From Candidatus Latescibacterota bacterium (lineage in GTDB: Bacteria > Latescibacterota > UBA2968): a stretch of 64,000 nt of DNA. The stretch covers positions 4,000,001-4,064,000 of the forward strand of contig OZ240241.1 in the NCBI GenBank assembly GCA_965198115.1, given 5' to 3'. The notes under the pieces were generated by a model. The model had not been told where the DNA came from. It made no database searches and saw only the letters and a program-made list of their open reading frames with translations. This document shows positions 10,006-21,025 of this stretch, piece after piece (the first letter of the stretch is position 1; each line of letters begins with the position of its first letter). The position numbers and the translations under genes were made by a program.

Positions 10006-10650
10006 CTACGCGTTATCGATTGTCTCACCCGCTCTCCCCGTCTCCCGCTCTGCCTCACAGGCTTCTCTCACGTAACACCCTTCCAAATGGTCATTCACGA
10101 GCCCCATCGCCTGCATAAAGGCGTAGGCCGTCGTCGCGCCCACGAACGTCCATCCGCGTTTCTTCAGGTCCTTGCTCAACGCTCTTTAATCGGCGGATTC
10201 CGTCATTTTCGTCAACGCACGATGGGTCATTCGGCGTGGACGTGACAATTTCTTCGGCTCGTATTGCCAGAAGTAGTCCGAAATCGACCCGAATTCCTCC
10301 GCGAGGTCGAGCGCCCGCTTGGCGTTGTTGATCGTCGACCGGATCTTGCCCCGATGCCGCACGATGCCCGCGTCTTTCATTAAACGGTGGAAATCGCGCT
10401 CCTCGAATCGAGCGACTTTCACAAAATCGAATCCACGGAACGCCTTTCGGAAGTTCTCGCGCTTTCGCAGAATCGTCAGCCAGCTCAGACCGGCCTGAAA
10501 CCCCTCCAGACAGATCTTCTCGAACAGCCGGATATCATCCGTGACCGGCCGCCCCCACTCCTCATCGTGATAGGCCGAGTACAGCGCGTCGTCCGCCCCC
10601 CACCAGCAGCGAACACGTCCATCCTCGCTCTCTGTCAAACCTTTTGTCAA
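10006..10650 (-). pseudogene. tag: DNA-3-methyladenine glycosylase I with in-frame TAA at 10186-10188
   Basis: YHDEEWG, LEGFQAGLSW; after the TAA the frame continues RALSKDLKKRGWTFVG..MQAMGLVNDH. Confidence 0.9.
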
Positions 10651-10756
10651 AGATGCCTCCGTTTATTTCCCCAACCTGTACGGGTGGCCAAGTACACACT
10701 CCTGATTATATTTCCCAAAGTCATTCTAAACCCTACACCCATCTGCGGATCACTCG

Positions 10757-11410
10757 ATGCGAACCATTTTTGTGGGCGACATTCACGGTTGTGCAGAGGA
10801 GTTTCAGGAGATTCTGAAGTCCAGTGGATTCAGAAAGGGCACCGACCGGTTGCTGCTGACCGGAGATGCGTTCTCGAAGGGCCCCGACCCATTCGGTGTC
10901 TGGAAACTGATGCTCGAAAACGGCGCGGAAATGGTCATCGGCAACCACGACTCGGAGCTGGTAGACCTGATCGAGGGAGGCGCCGAGCCCGATGAAGACC
11001 AGGCCGTCACACTGTCCCAACTCGATGCCGTCAAAGACGAACTCGCTCTCTGGATCGGGGTCCAGTCTCACTACATTCGTGAAATGGATTTCATTCTCGT
11101 CCACGCCGGCATCAACCCGGAGAAGGGACTGGACCGCACGACACGGAACGAATTTCTCGCCATTCGGACCTGGCCGCCGACCGATGGGGTCGAGGGCCCT
11201 CGGTGGCACGACCACTTCGAACCCATTGAAGGCAAGGTCGTGATTTTCGGCCACGATGCAGTCGGTGGGTTGGTCCACAAAAAGCGCCCCGAGAACGACA
11301 CCACCTACCTCGTCGGTCTCGACACGGGCTGCGTCTACGGGGGCTCCTTGAGCGCATACGTACTCGAACAGGACGACTTCGTCCAGGTCGAAAGTCAGCA
11401 GCCACAGTAG
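10757..11410 (+). CDS. Metallophosphoesterase (ApaH/PrpE-like)
   Basis: GDIHG, GD, GNHD, VHAG, FGH and LDTGCVYG motifs. Confidence 0.9.
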   Translation: MRTIFVGDIHGCAEEFQEILKSSGFRKGTDRLLLTGDAFSKGPDPFGVWKLMLENGAEMVIGNHDSELVDLIEGGAEPDEDQAVTLSQLDAVKDELALWIGVQSHYIREMDFILVHAGINPEKGLDRTTRNEFLAIRTWPPTDGVEGPRWHDHFEPIEGKVVIFGHDAVGGLVHKKRPENDTTYLVGLDTGCVYGGSLSAYVLEQDDFVQVESQQPQ

Positions 11411-11573
11411 GACGTATTGTTCGAGCGGGCATTGGGGCGTGCAGGCGTGGCAACAAATGCGCCGCATCCTCTGACACAGTAGTACAGCAACAAGGGCGAG
11501 ATCCTCGACGAAGGTTCTCGCCCCCATAATTTCCATTCAGAATTTTGCCTTCTGCCTTCTGCTCTACTTGCGC

Positions 11574-13226
11574 TCAGCTTTGGCGCAGGCTGAGATCCCC
11601 CCGCTCTACATTCAGCCGAACCTTGGCGGACCCTTCCCCCATCCGTCCGGAAATGCGATGGCTTTTCTTGTTCGGCTTCGTCACTTCGATGCCCGCCACG
11701 TCGCACCTAACCGTCCCGTGTTTGACATTGCCCTCGACCTCAACGTCCGACCCTTGCGGCAGCGCCAGATCGACCGGCCCGCCGTTATTGTTAATCGTAT
11801 AGTCATCGGTCACTGGCCCGTCGGGGTGGACGGTGACAGGGCCTTGCTTCGAGCTGATCGTCACCCCACCAGAAACGGCCTTCAGCTCGATCGGATCGAA
11901 CGACCCATTGACGATCACATCGCCCTTCGCCTCTGTGATGCACACCGGGCTGTGCTTCCCCTCGATCGCGGCGACACCTCCGACGAAGTCCAGCTCCACA
12001 CGTGCGTGACCGGATTTAATAGATGCGTCCTTTCCCACGCGCCCAATCTCGACGGGGGTGTGACTGCTATCGATAGCCACGGCACCTTCGACTTGATCGG
12101 CCTTCACTGAACCGTGGCGAACCGTGACCGTCAGATCGCCCCCAATCCGACGACCGCGGAATGCACCGTGGCTGGCATCCAGAACGAGGTTGTCCTGGAT
12201 GTCCTTTTCGAAATGTAGCTCAGTGTGTCGAATCCGGCTTCCGATGCTACCTCCGACCGACGCGATCGTCGTATTCGCGTGAGCGGAAAAGAGATCTAAA
12301 TCCTTCCCGATGGGGCCAATTGTTGCGTTGCCGTGTTGGTTCCTCAGCGACAGTCTGCCACTCGTCTCCTTTAGCGTCAGATTACCGTGCCGAACCTCTA
12401 CGGTGGCTTCAGAATCAACCGAAGCCACCGTCACGTTCCCGTGGCTCTGCCGGAGTCTGAGCGCGCCTTTTACGTCCCCCACACTCGTATGACCGTGCGA
12501 GTTACGGACGGCGACCTCTCCATCTATTTCTGGGGTCCGTGTATCACCGTGCCGTGACTCGATATCCAGATCGGCTTTTTTCGGTACCTGGATTTCGAAG
12601 TTCGCTACCCAGGATCCACGAAGCTCGCCTTCTTCGTTCGGTAAACTGGACTCGATACGAATTCCGTCTTCGGCATTCAACACGTCGATCTCGACCGAAT
12701 CGGCGAGAAGCGCAGCCTCTTCTTCCGTGCGAGCTCGCGCCACGATTTCAACGTCGAAGGAAATCTCGTCGCGTTCCCACGTCTCGATCTTAACATCTCC
12801 TTTTCCGTTCCGGACGGATAGTGTCGCTCCAGACTCGAACGGTCGGTTGTCACTGAATCGCCGAATGGCCTCCTCCCGCGCACCTCGACCTCTTGATCGC
12901 CGTCGCCGATTACGCGTCGTTGTCCGTATGACAGACCGAACGATTCGCTCGGCGCCCTTCACGGCCCCCACTGCTTCCGGTACGATCTGACGGACGGCGG
13001 CTTCCGCTTCAGCCATCCCGGCGCGAATCTCGTCACCCAACCCATCCAGCGGATCGAATGGATCTTCTTCCTCCTCTTCTTCCTCCCGTTTCCCCGCATC
13101 TTCGGGTTCTCTCGGTGCTTCCGGCTCCCCATCGTCCTCGAGCGCTGCGAGCAGACGCTCTGCTTCATCGACGTTCAGCTTGCCTTCCGCCAGCATCTCC
13201 AGCACGCGTTTCCGTTCCTCACTCAT
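11574..13226 (-). CDS. DUF4097 beta-strand repeat protein with SHOCT-like N-terminus
   Basis: MSEERKRVLEMLAEGKLNVDEAERLL then repeated S/R-HG beta-solenoid units; start overlaps the DUF2089 stop. Confidence 0.8.
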   Translation of the reverse strand: MSEERKRVLEMLAEGKLNVDEAERLLAALEDDGEPEAPREPEDAGKREEEEEEEDPFDPLDGLGDEIRAGMAEAEAAVRQIVPEAVGAVKGAERIVRSVIRTTTRNRRRRSRGRGAREEAIRRFSDNRPFESGATLSVRNGKGDVKIETWERDEISFDVEIVARARTEEEAALLADSVEIDVLNAEDGIRIESSLPNEEGELRGSWVANFEIQVPKKADLDIESRHGDTRTPEIDGEVAVRNSHGHTSVGDVKGALRLRQSHGNVTVASVDSEATVEVRHGNLTLKETSGRLSLRNQHGNATIGPIGKDLDLFSAHANTTIASVGGSIGSRIRHTELHFEKDIQDNLVLDASHGAFRGRRIGGDLTVTVRHGSVKADQVEGAVAIDSSHTPVEIGRVGKDASIKSGHARVELDFVGGVAAIEGKHSPVCITEAKGDVIVNGSFDPIELKAVSGGVTISSKQGPVTVHPDGPVTDDYTINNNGGPVDLALPQGSDVEVEGNVKHGTVRCDVAGIEVTKPNKKSHRISGRMGEGSAKVRLNVERGDLSLRQS

Positions 13227-13650
13227 CTTCTGCCTCCTCATCGATTGGGGACCCACCTCGAAGCAACTCCGCCGCCTGGTCGGCCGTGATGTCTCCTCGG
13301 TCCAGTTGATCCAGCACAGTGGTTCGGTCGGGCGTCGAAGACGAACTCGAGCGGCGACGCGACCGGGTCTCACGATCCGAACCGTCCGATTCGAATCCCA
13401 ATCGCCCGATCACCTCGTCCAGCCGATTCCGAACGGCGTTGTAGGCCACCCCGAGTTCACGCTCCATCTCCCGGACGTTACCCCGAAGCCGGATAAACAT
13501 CTCGGCGAACGCCAAATCCTCGGGTGACAGCTTGCAAAACACGGACGTTTGAAAGGCCCCGTGCACTTCGGTCTCGCAACGCCCGCAACGCAGCCGTGTC
13601 ACCGTCAGGTCGTCACCACAGGCAGGGCATCTTTCGATCACTTTTCGCAT
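13219..13650 (-). CDS. DUF2089 family protein (zinc ribbon + HTH)
   Basis: CPAC..CGRC, RGNVREMERELGVAYNAVRNRLD. Confidence 0.88.
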   Translation of the reverse strand: MRKVIERCPACGDDLTVTRLRCGRCETEVHGAFQTSVFCKLSPEDLAFAEMFIRLRGNVREMERELGVAYNAVRNRLDEVIGRLGFESDGSDRETRSRRRSSSSSTPDRTTVLDQLDRGDITADQAAELLRGGSPIDEEAEDE

Positions 13651-13740
13651 AGTTTAACCTCTACACGACATTTTACACGATTCAGATCTCAATTTAAGTA
13701 TTTATTTTCATAAATAGACAATAAATTTTCATGTATGGGC

Positions 13741-13778
13741 AAAAAAGTGGCTCCGAACCGCGAATTCGGAGCCACTTT
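13741..13778 (-). terminator. Intrinsic terminator
   Basis: AAAGTGGCTCCGAA / TTCGGAGCCACTTT stem with a T run on the minus strand. Confidence 0.8.
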
Positions 13779-13917
13779 CCATTGTAAAGTTGGAGCGTCA
13801 CGTCTGTTCGGCAGTTATTGACGGTCTATACGCCCTCCACGCGCTATCGGGTGGAATCGCAGGGTGCTTTCGGTTTTCCTGAACACCGAACACTGTCTGC
13901 AGCCGCAGGCTGCGGCC

Positions 13918-14982
13918 TTAGCCCTCCGCCATCACCGTCTTCAGCAGGGCCCGCATATAGCCCAGCTCCCAGGCGAACCCGAGACTTCCGCCCGCGAATC
14001 CATCATCCCCTTCGATCCCCAAAGCGTGATCGGGGTCGAACGCCCCCTCGTAACCGTGCTTCTTGAAGAGCCCCATCACCTCCAGCATATCGAGGTCGCC
14101 CTCGTCCAGAAAGTCCTCCTGGTAGTCCCCGGCCGGTACCGTCCCTTTCGGGTTTCGGAAATGCGCGTAAAAGATCTTCCCGCGACTCAAGAGGGTGTCC
14201 ATCGCCGCCATCGTATCCTCGCCCATCTCGTGCAACGTCCCGATGCAGAGCAGGAGACCGCTTCGCGGACTGTCGACTAGGTCCACGAGTCGGGTCAGCC
14301 CCTCGACCGTGTTGTTCACTTGTTCAACACCACGATACACACGCTCCGGTGGATCGTTCGGGTGCGCCCCGACGTTCACCCCCGCTTCCTCCGCGGCCGG
14401 AATCACCGCCTCGTACATTCGGCCGATCCGATCCCACATCTGATCCGCCGAAATCATCCCATACGGCGCCACCGAGTCATCCGGGGTATTCGCCTGGTCC
14501 CTTTCGGCCAGATGTCCCCGATGGGTCAACAGGATGGCCCCACCACGGCCGTTCGGACGATAGTATCGACCCGGACCGGATCCCACGCGCACCGAATCCG
14601 GCTCGGGCGGTGGTGCCCCGGGCATATCGCCCCACGCCGTGGGCAGGCTTCGCCACGGTGTCAGGTTGTAGTAGAGAAATGGAACATCCGCCTCCCCTGC
14701 GGCGCGCACACAGGCCACGACATCATCGATCTCCTGTTGAGCGTTCGGTCCATCGGTCAGGATATCGTGAGTCGCCTGCGGTCGAAGTCTGAGCGTGAAC
14801 ACGTCCAATCCGTGGGCAGCGATCGCAGCCTTCGCCCTCTTCAGATCCTCCACATCGATGCGGCCCGTCTGGTTGTAGCTGTCCAACCCATAGGCTCCCA
14901 AACCCACGCCGTGCGCCCCCATCTGCTTCGCATAGCGCATCCGCCCTTCCGACAACTCGCCGAGACTGACTGAGATTTTCAT
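13918..14982 (-). CDS. Mannonate dehydratase (UxuA-like) family protein
   Basis: HPNDPP, HFRN, EDFLDEGDLDM and PDH motifs. Confidence 0.85.
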   Translation of the reverse strand: MKISVSLGELSEGRMRYAKQMGAHGVGLGAYGLDSYNQTGRIDVEDLKRAKAAIAAHGLDVFTLRLRPQATHDILTDGPNAQQEIDDVVACVRAAGEADVPFLYYNLTPWRSLPTAWGDMPGAPPPEPDSVRVGSGPGRYYRPNGRGGAILLTHRGHLAERDQANTPDDSVAPYGMISADQMWDRIGRMYEAVIPAAEEAGVNVGAHPNDPPERVYRGVEQVNNTVEGLTRLVDLVDSPRSGLLLCIGTLHEMGEDTMAAMDTLLSRGKIFYAHFRNPKGTVPAGDYQEDFLDEGDLDMLEVMGLFKKHGYEGAFDPDHALGIEGDDGFAGGSLGFAWELGYMRALLKTVMAEG

Positions 14983-15206
14983 TGCACCTCCTCGCCTGTC
15001 CTTGAACAGATCAATTGCTCATCCGGCCGGCCGGCAATATACTCACGGCGTTGGTCACCGGCATCCGCCGGATTTCCGTGATTCAGCGGGCACATACAGT
15101 GGGCGAAGAGCAAGTGATGTTTCTGTCCTCTGTCTACTGTCATCTGCCAATGGGGCGAAGCCGTCTTCCGCCCACAGCCTACTGCCGACCGCCACGGTCT
15201 TACAAG

Positions 15207-15458
15207 ATGCCAAAACAACCTCTATCGCGATTCCTATTCGCCCTCTTCCTCCTGGCTATGATCATGGGCCCCGGCCCGGGCCTCCGCCTCGTCAACCCCG
15301 ACCCAGCCGACCCGAACGCAGTCTATACGATGCTGGGACTGCCCGTCATCTACGTCTGGGGCCTCTTCTGGTACGCCGTCCAACTCGTCGCCATCATCAT
15401 CGCCTACAGGAAATTATGGACCACCGAAAACAGCGACGCGCCGCAGCATCAGGACTAA
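15207..15458 (+). CDS. Small two-TM membrane protein, probable symporter accessory subunit
   Basis: Two hydrophobic segments, LGLPVIYVWGLFW, directly upstream of an SSS gene. Confidence 0.75.
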   Translation: MPKQPLSRFLFALFLLAMIMGPGPGLRLVNPDPADPNAVYTMLGLPVIYVWGLFWYAVQLVAIIIAYRKLWTTENSDAPQHQD

Positions 15459-15502
15459 CGCGACCTCCCAGTTTCCCCATTTCCTAATTCCCTGATTTCC
15501 CA

Positions 15503-17104
15503 ATGAGCCTCATCCCCACAACCGTCCTCCTCCTCTACCTCCTGATGCTGCTCGTCTTCGGCATCGTTGGATACCTCCGCAGCAAGAACGATGAAACAGA
15601 CTATTATCTCGCCGGTCGGTCCCAGGGCTGGGTCGTCTCCTCCCTCACAATTATGGCCACCTTCTTCAGCTCGTTCGCGTTGCTCGGCGCCCCGGGGATG
15701 GTCTACCGCGACGGCGCTGTCTTCGCGCTCTTCAGCCTCAACGTGCCCGTCGCGGGCGCCGCCGTCTACCTCGTCGGGTCCCGCATACGCCGGATCGGTC
15801 GAGCTCGCGGTTACGTCACACCCGCCGACATGATCGCCGATCATTACCAGAGCCCCGTCGGCATTCGGCTTCTCGTCGCCCTCATCGGCGTCCTCTACGC
15901 GGTGCCCTACGTCGTCATCCAGATCCAGGCGGGCGGCATCCTTTCGCAACAACTCTTCGGTGTCGAAACCGCGTTCGAGACAGGCGCCATCCTGCTCGCC
16001 GTCATCACGATGCTCTACATTATGGGTGGTGGGATGCGCAGCGTCGCCTGGACCGACGTCGTGCAGGGCGTCCTGCTCGTCGCAGGTATGCTCACCGCCG
16101 GCATCGCCGTCGTTGCCGTCCTGGGCGGGCCGAGTGCCTTCTTTGCTCGCGTCGCCGAGCTCCCACCGAAATCCCTGTCTGTCCCTGGCACGGCCGGCCA
16201 CTGGAAACCCGAAATCCTGCTCACGGCATCCCTCTTCGCCTCCCTCGGCTCGATGATCCAGCCGGCCCAATGGATGCGGTTCTACGCCGCGCGCGACGAC
16301 GAAGTCCTCCGACGGAGCGCCCTCATCTTCGCGGCCGTGCTCACATCCTGCTTCTTCTTCGGTGTGATGCTCGTCGGACTCGGCGGCCAGGTGCTCTACC
16401 CCATCGTCGACGAGGCGGGAAACTATCTCACGAATGCCGCAGGCCGCCTCGTGCCAAATCCCGCCGTCGGCTCCGCCCCCAACGAATTCGACCGGATCCT
16501 CGTCGTCGTCCTCGACAACCACCTGCCGGAGCTCCTCGGAACAGTCGGCGCCGTCATCGCCTCCGTCATCGTCGTCGCCATTATGGCCGCCGCAATGAGC
16601 ACGGCCGACAGCAACCTCCACGCGATGAGCGCCCTCCTCACTCACGACATCTACGATCAGTTCATCCGCCCCCAAGCCAGTCAACGGGAACGGACCTGGG
16701 TCGGCCGTCTGCTCATCGCCGTCGCCACGATCGTGGCTCTGACGCTCGTCATCATCGGCCGCCGCAGCGAGAGCAACCCCCTCGGAATGATCGTCATCCT
16801 CGGCCTCCTCGCGATTGCCTTCTCCACCCAGCTCCTGCCCGTCGCGGTCGATATGTTGTTCATCAAGAGGGGATCCCGCGAGGGTGCCATCGCCGGCATC
16901 GTCGCCGGCCTGCTCACCGTCTTCGCCCTCAGCCCCTTCTGGCCGATGCTTGCCGGGCAGGCACTCGGGGGTCTCATCGCCACAATGAAAGCCACCTTCG
17001 ACGTCGGTGCCTGGGGACTCATCGTCAACGTCCTCATCTTCGCCGTAGTCACCCGGTATGGGTCGCCGCAATCGGATCGTGTGGTTGCTTCATCCGGCGA
17101 TTGA
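15503..17104 (+). CDS. Sodium:solute symporter family protein
   Basis: YYLAGRS, GGMRSVAWTD, AAAMSTADS; about 13 TM segments. Confidence 0.93.
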   Translation: MSLIPTTVLLLYLLMLLVFGIVGYLRSKNDETDYYLAGRSQGWVVSSLTIMATFFSSFALLGAPGMVYRDGAVFALFSLNVPVAGAAVYLVGSRIRRIGRARGYVTPADMIADHYQSPVGIRLLVALIGVLYAVPYVVIQIQAGGILSQQLFGVETAFETGAILLAVITMLYIMGGGMRSVAWTDVVQGVLLVAGMLTAGIAVVAVLGGPSAFFARVAELPPKSLSVPGTAGHWKPEILLTASLFASLGSMIQPAQWMRFYAARDDEVLRRSALIFAAVLTSCFFFGVMLVGLGGQVLYPIVDEAGNYLTNAAGRLVPNPAVGSAPNEFDRILVVVLDNHLPELLGTVGAVIASVIVVAIMAAAMSTADSNLHAMSALLTHDIYDQFIRPQASQRERTWVGRLLIAVATIVALTLVIIGRRSESNPLGMIVILGLLAIAFSTQLLPVAVDMLFIKRGSREGAIAGIVAGLLTVFALSPFWPMLAGQALGGLIATMKATFDVGAWGLIVNVLIFAVVTRYGSPQSDRVVASSGD

Positions 17105-17213
17105 TTATTTCTTTGTCCTACGGCTTCGCGCCGGCAGCAGCCTCCGCGTAAAGAGCCGTTCCTCCGCACCTGGGTGGCCGAGATCCCACGCCCATCGCTT
17201 AAGCGAGGGAAGC

Positions 17214-18397
17214 GTGACCCACAACCCGCTTCGGGCCATTGCCGAGTCAGCAAGAGAGCTCATTTTCTCCTGCACGCTCGATGGACGCGTCCTCTACGCC
17301 AACAGCGCGATGCAAACAGCCAGTGGCCTGACCGCCGACGACAATATCCTCGAACGAATCCATCCAGATTACCTCGACGACTTCCGAAGGGCCCTCACCA
17401 CATCCGAATCATTGGGACCAGCCGAAACGGCCCTCAAGGTAGCAGGGGCCGATTTCTGTTTCTGAACGGATCCATCGGTCGCCTTCCCGGCGAAGAACCG
17501 TCCGTCTACGGGATTTTCGTCGATGTCACGGACCGGAAACGGGCGGAGGATGTGCTCGCCAGGCAGGCCACCGAGCTTGTCCGCGCAACCGAGGGGCTGG
17601 AACAACGCGACAAGGAGTTCGGCGAAGCGCTTGAGCAGGCGGAAAAGTATCGGGAGACGCTCAAGCGAGCCGAGGAGCTCGGCAGAATCAACGAGGAACT
17701 CAAAGCAGAAGTCGAGCGACGGACGAAGGCGGAGGAGGAAATCCGCGCGTCATTGCAGGAAAAGGAGGTGCTCCTCAAGGAGGTCCACCACCGGGTCAAG
17801 AACAACCTGCAGATCATATCAAGCCTGCTCAACCTGCAGGCGAGTCGGCAAAACGACGAGAACCTGAACTCTATGTTCGACGAAAGCCAGGCCCGGATTC
17901 GATCGATGGCTCTGATCCACGAACAACTCTACCAGTCCGACGACCTGGCAACCGTTGACTTCAAGGACTACCTCACCACCCTCGTCGCGTCCCTGTTCCG
18001 GACGTTCGGCCGCCACGCGGGTCGTGTCCGATCCGAACTCGCGATCGAACCCATCTCCCTCGGTCTGGACACCGCCATCCCACTCGGTCTGATCGTGAAC
18101 GAGTTGATCAGCAATGCCCTAAAATACGCCTTCCCAGAAGGTGCGGCTGGCACCATCTCCCTCAAGGTCAAACACGACTCATCAGGACAGATCCGGCTAT
18201 CCATCAGCGACGATGGTGTGGGCCTCCCGGACAGCGTCGATGAATCCTCCTCCCTGGGTCTCAGGTTGGTTGGAACCCTATGCCAACAACTCGGCACACA
18301 ACTCGAGATCTCGCGCCATCACACGACCTGCTTCACCGTTGTTGCCGGGAGGAGTGAAAATAGGATAGCATCCTATGAGATTGTGGAAGGGGGCTGA
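17214..18397 (+). pseudogene. PAS-domain sensor histidine kinase (HisKA_2 type), frameshift near 17455
   Basis: PAS (YAN..IHPD), [28 protein letters not shown]; the stop TGA overlaps the IS256 end. Confidence 0.82.
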
Positions 18398-18820
18398 GCT
18401 ATAATCAAAAGGTGTGGAAAAAGAGAAAGGGCGACCCTACCCTTCCCGTGAGATAGTTGATTCACACAAAACCGGGTGAGAGGCCCGGTTGGGAAGGAGG
18501 ATCGCCGTGAAGGAACATACGCATAGAGCCCCATTGAAGTCCATGCCGACGTGGGAGACGGTTGACGATTGGATCCGTGAAGAGATCCAGGGCCGGTTCC
18601 AGTCCATTCTGGAGGAGGAGGCGACCGCGTTCTTGGGCCGGTCGTGGTATGAGCGCCGAGCCGAGGTCGATAGCTCCAGGGGCTACAGGAACGGCTACGG
18701 CAAGCCCCGGCGTCTCTCGACGAGCTGCGGAACGATCAAGGTCCGGCGTCCCCGGGTTCGTGGTCTGGAAGAGCGGTTTGAAAGCCGCATCCTCCCCCTG
18801 TTCGCCCAGAGAACCAGGGC
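18396..18820 (+). mobile_element. Truncated IS256-family copy (5' part only)
   Basis: Near-identical to the first ~425 bp of 24092..25465, starting at the terminal GAGCTATAATC. Confidence 0.92.
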
Positions 18821-18877
18821 GTAAAGCCTTAGCCGAAAAACGGTCGATCCCGGCAGCCTGTCCGTAGGTCGCCGAAT

Positions 18878-19345
18878 CCGACGCGGATTGTATGCCGCAG
18901 CGTAAACCTTCCGTCAGATGCAGTACGTCCGCCACGCGTAAACCTTCCGTCAGATCGTAACCCCGCACACAAGGCCTGCCTGTCCAGGCTCCAACGCACC
19001 GGTCGCTGTGTCTGACGCGGATTCTATGCGTTGCGACATCCAGTTCTGTCCGTTTCCGTCATGCATAAACCTTCCGTCAGATCACGATGGCTGCGCGACT
19101 GCCTACACCCGGTCGCCTGTCCGCCAGGCGGCACTGCCTGACGCGGATTCTATGCGTCGCGGATGGGACGGTCTGACGCGGATTCTATTGCGTAGCGGCG
19201 GCAGTCTGACGCGGATTATACGCGTGCGCATAGATCACGCGTCTCTCTGAATGCGATTGGGGGGATGACATGGGAGTACAAAAAATATCCGTCAGATTTT
19301 CTCAATTTGGCAGTGCCTGCAAAAAATATCCGTCAGATTTTTCTC
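18878..19345. repeat. Array of about 10 TCTGACG-core motifs in both orientations
   Basis: GCRTAAACCTTCCGTCAGAT x3, TCTGACGCGGATT.TA..CG x5 (some degenerate), CAAAAAATATCCGTCAGATTTT x2. Confidence 0.9.
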
Positions 19346-19386
19346 TCCCGCATAGACGAGGTTGGAGGAAAGCTGTATATTAAAGG

Positions 19387-21025
19387 ATGACGACGCGAAT
19401 TCCCACCTCTCACAGAACAACAACAATGCGAGTTCAGGTCAATAGGTGTGTAAAAGAAATCAGGCGGCCATCTTCCCGGCTTCGACCTGCGGTCCGGTTG
19501 AGTGTTTCTGATCGTAGACTTGTTGTAGCAAGTGTGGCGCGGTGAGTTTCCTGAATCGGCTCTCTGCGACCTTGAGCGTACGCCAGATGAGAGTCGTGGC
19601 GTTCCTGACTTTCTTGAATCGCCTGGCGGCGTTTGTGCGAAGCCGAACGGAAGCAAAGGGGCTCTCGACGACGTTCGTGGTTCTCAGGTGTTTCCAGTGT
19701 TCCTTCGGGAAGTCGTAGAACGTGACCATCCGATCCCAGTCTCTTTCGAGCGTCTCCACGGCGGCAGGGAACTGTGAGCGATACCGTGCGGCAAAGCGTT
19801 TCCGGAGCTTCTCGGCCTCCTTTTTCGTGCCGGCATAGGGGATCTGGACGAGCAGTGCGCGGGCTTCAGCCTGTGCACGCTTGGCGACCTTGTCGAGCAC
19901 GTTGAGGATCTTGTGGTTCCAGCACCGTTGTTGCCGGCTCTCTGGCCAGACCTGATCAACGGCCGCCCAGATGCCCATATTCCCGTCCGCGGCGATCAGG
20001 ACAGGATGTTCGAGCCCGCGATCCCGGAGATCCCGGAGCACCGTGAGCCAGGATTCTGTAGACTCTCGATAACCGGGTTCTATCGCCAGGATCTCCTTGC
20101 TGCCGTCGCTCATCGCGCCGATCACGACCAGCAGACACGCCTTCTCGCGCTCGAGCCCGGCTTTGACGTAGATGCCATCAGCCCAGGCGTAGACCAGTTC
20201 GCGATTATCCAGACGCCTTTCTTTCCAGTCCTGGAAGTCGACCTCCCACTTCCCTCGAAGACGAGCGATCGAGGTCGGCGAAAGCGGCGCGCCATCACCG
20301 AGCAGCGCACGCAAAGACAACTCGAAGTCGCCTGGGAGAGACCGTGGAGATAAAGGTCGGGAAGCAGATCTCCAATGGCCCTGGTTCTCCGGGCGAACAG
20401 GGGGAGGATGCGGCTTTCAAACCGCTCTTCCAGACCACGAACCCGGGGACGCCGGACCTTGATCGTTCCGCAGCTCGTCGAGAGACGCCGGGGCTTGCCG
20501 TAGCCGTTCCTGTAGCCCCTGGAGCTATCGACCTCGGCTCGGCGCTCATACCACGACCGGCCCAAGAACGCGGTCGCCTCCTCCTCCAGAATGGACTGGA
20601 ACCGGCCCTGGATCTCTTCACGGATCCAATCGTCAACCGTCTCCCACGTCGGCATGGACTTCAATGGGGCTCTATGCGTATGTTCCTTCACGGCGATCCT
20701 CCTTCCCAACCGGGCCTCTCACCCGGTTTTGTGTGAATCAACTATCTCACGGGAAGGGTAGGGTCGCCCTTTCTCTTTTTCCACACCTTTTGATTATAGC
20801 TCAACAATGCCCGGAACCTACACTATCAGGATGGGGAATGCTCAGATCAATGTGAGATTTCCCGATGGGGTTTTACTGTCAGATGCGGATTCCGAAATCC
20901 TCAAGTCCAGGTTCGGAAAACTGATAGACAGTCTTCGGGTTATTTGGACTTTGGCCGCTGGAGAACCAAAAGACACCCACGATGATGCAGAAAGCCCCGG
21001 TAGCGACCCTGAAACAGACAGTTGA
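19387..21025 (+). pseudogene. Small hypothetical gene (85 aa) interrupted by IS256; paralog of the C-terminus of 42221..43024
   Basis: Removing the IS and one target duplication gives MTTRIPTSHRTTTMPGTYTIRMG.. Confidence 0.75.
19430..20802 (-). mobile_element. IS256-family element; transposase frameshifted near 20330
   Basis: Terminal IRs, 8-bp duplication AACAATGC (19422-19429, 20803-20810), 1 bp shorter than the intact copy. Confidence 0.95.

Noticed and set aside
18878-19345. CRISPR array
   Set aside because: Repeats are about 20 nt, in mixed orientation, with short irregular spacers; no cas genes in the window
20320-20340. Programmed frameshift in the IS256 transposase
   Set aside because: The sister copy at 24185..25435 is continuous; this copy simply lacks one G
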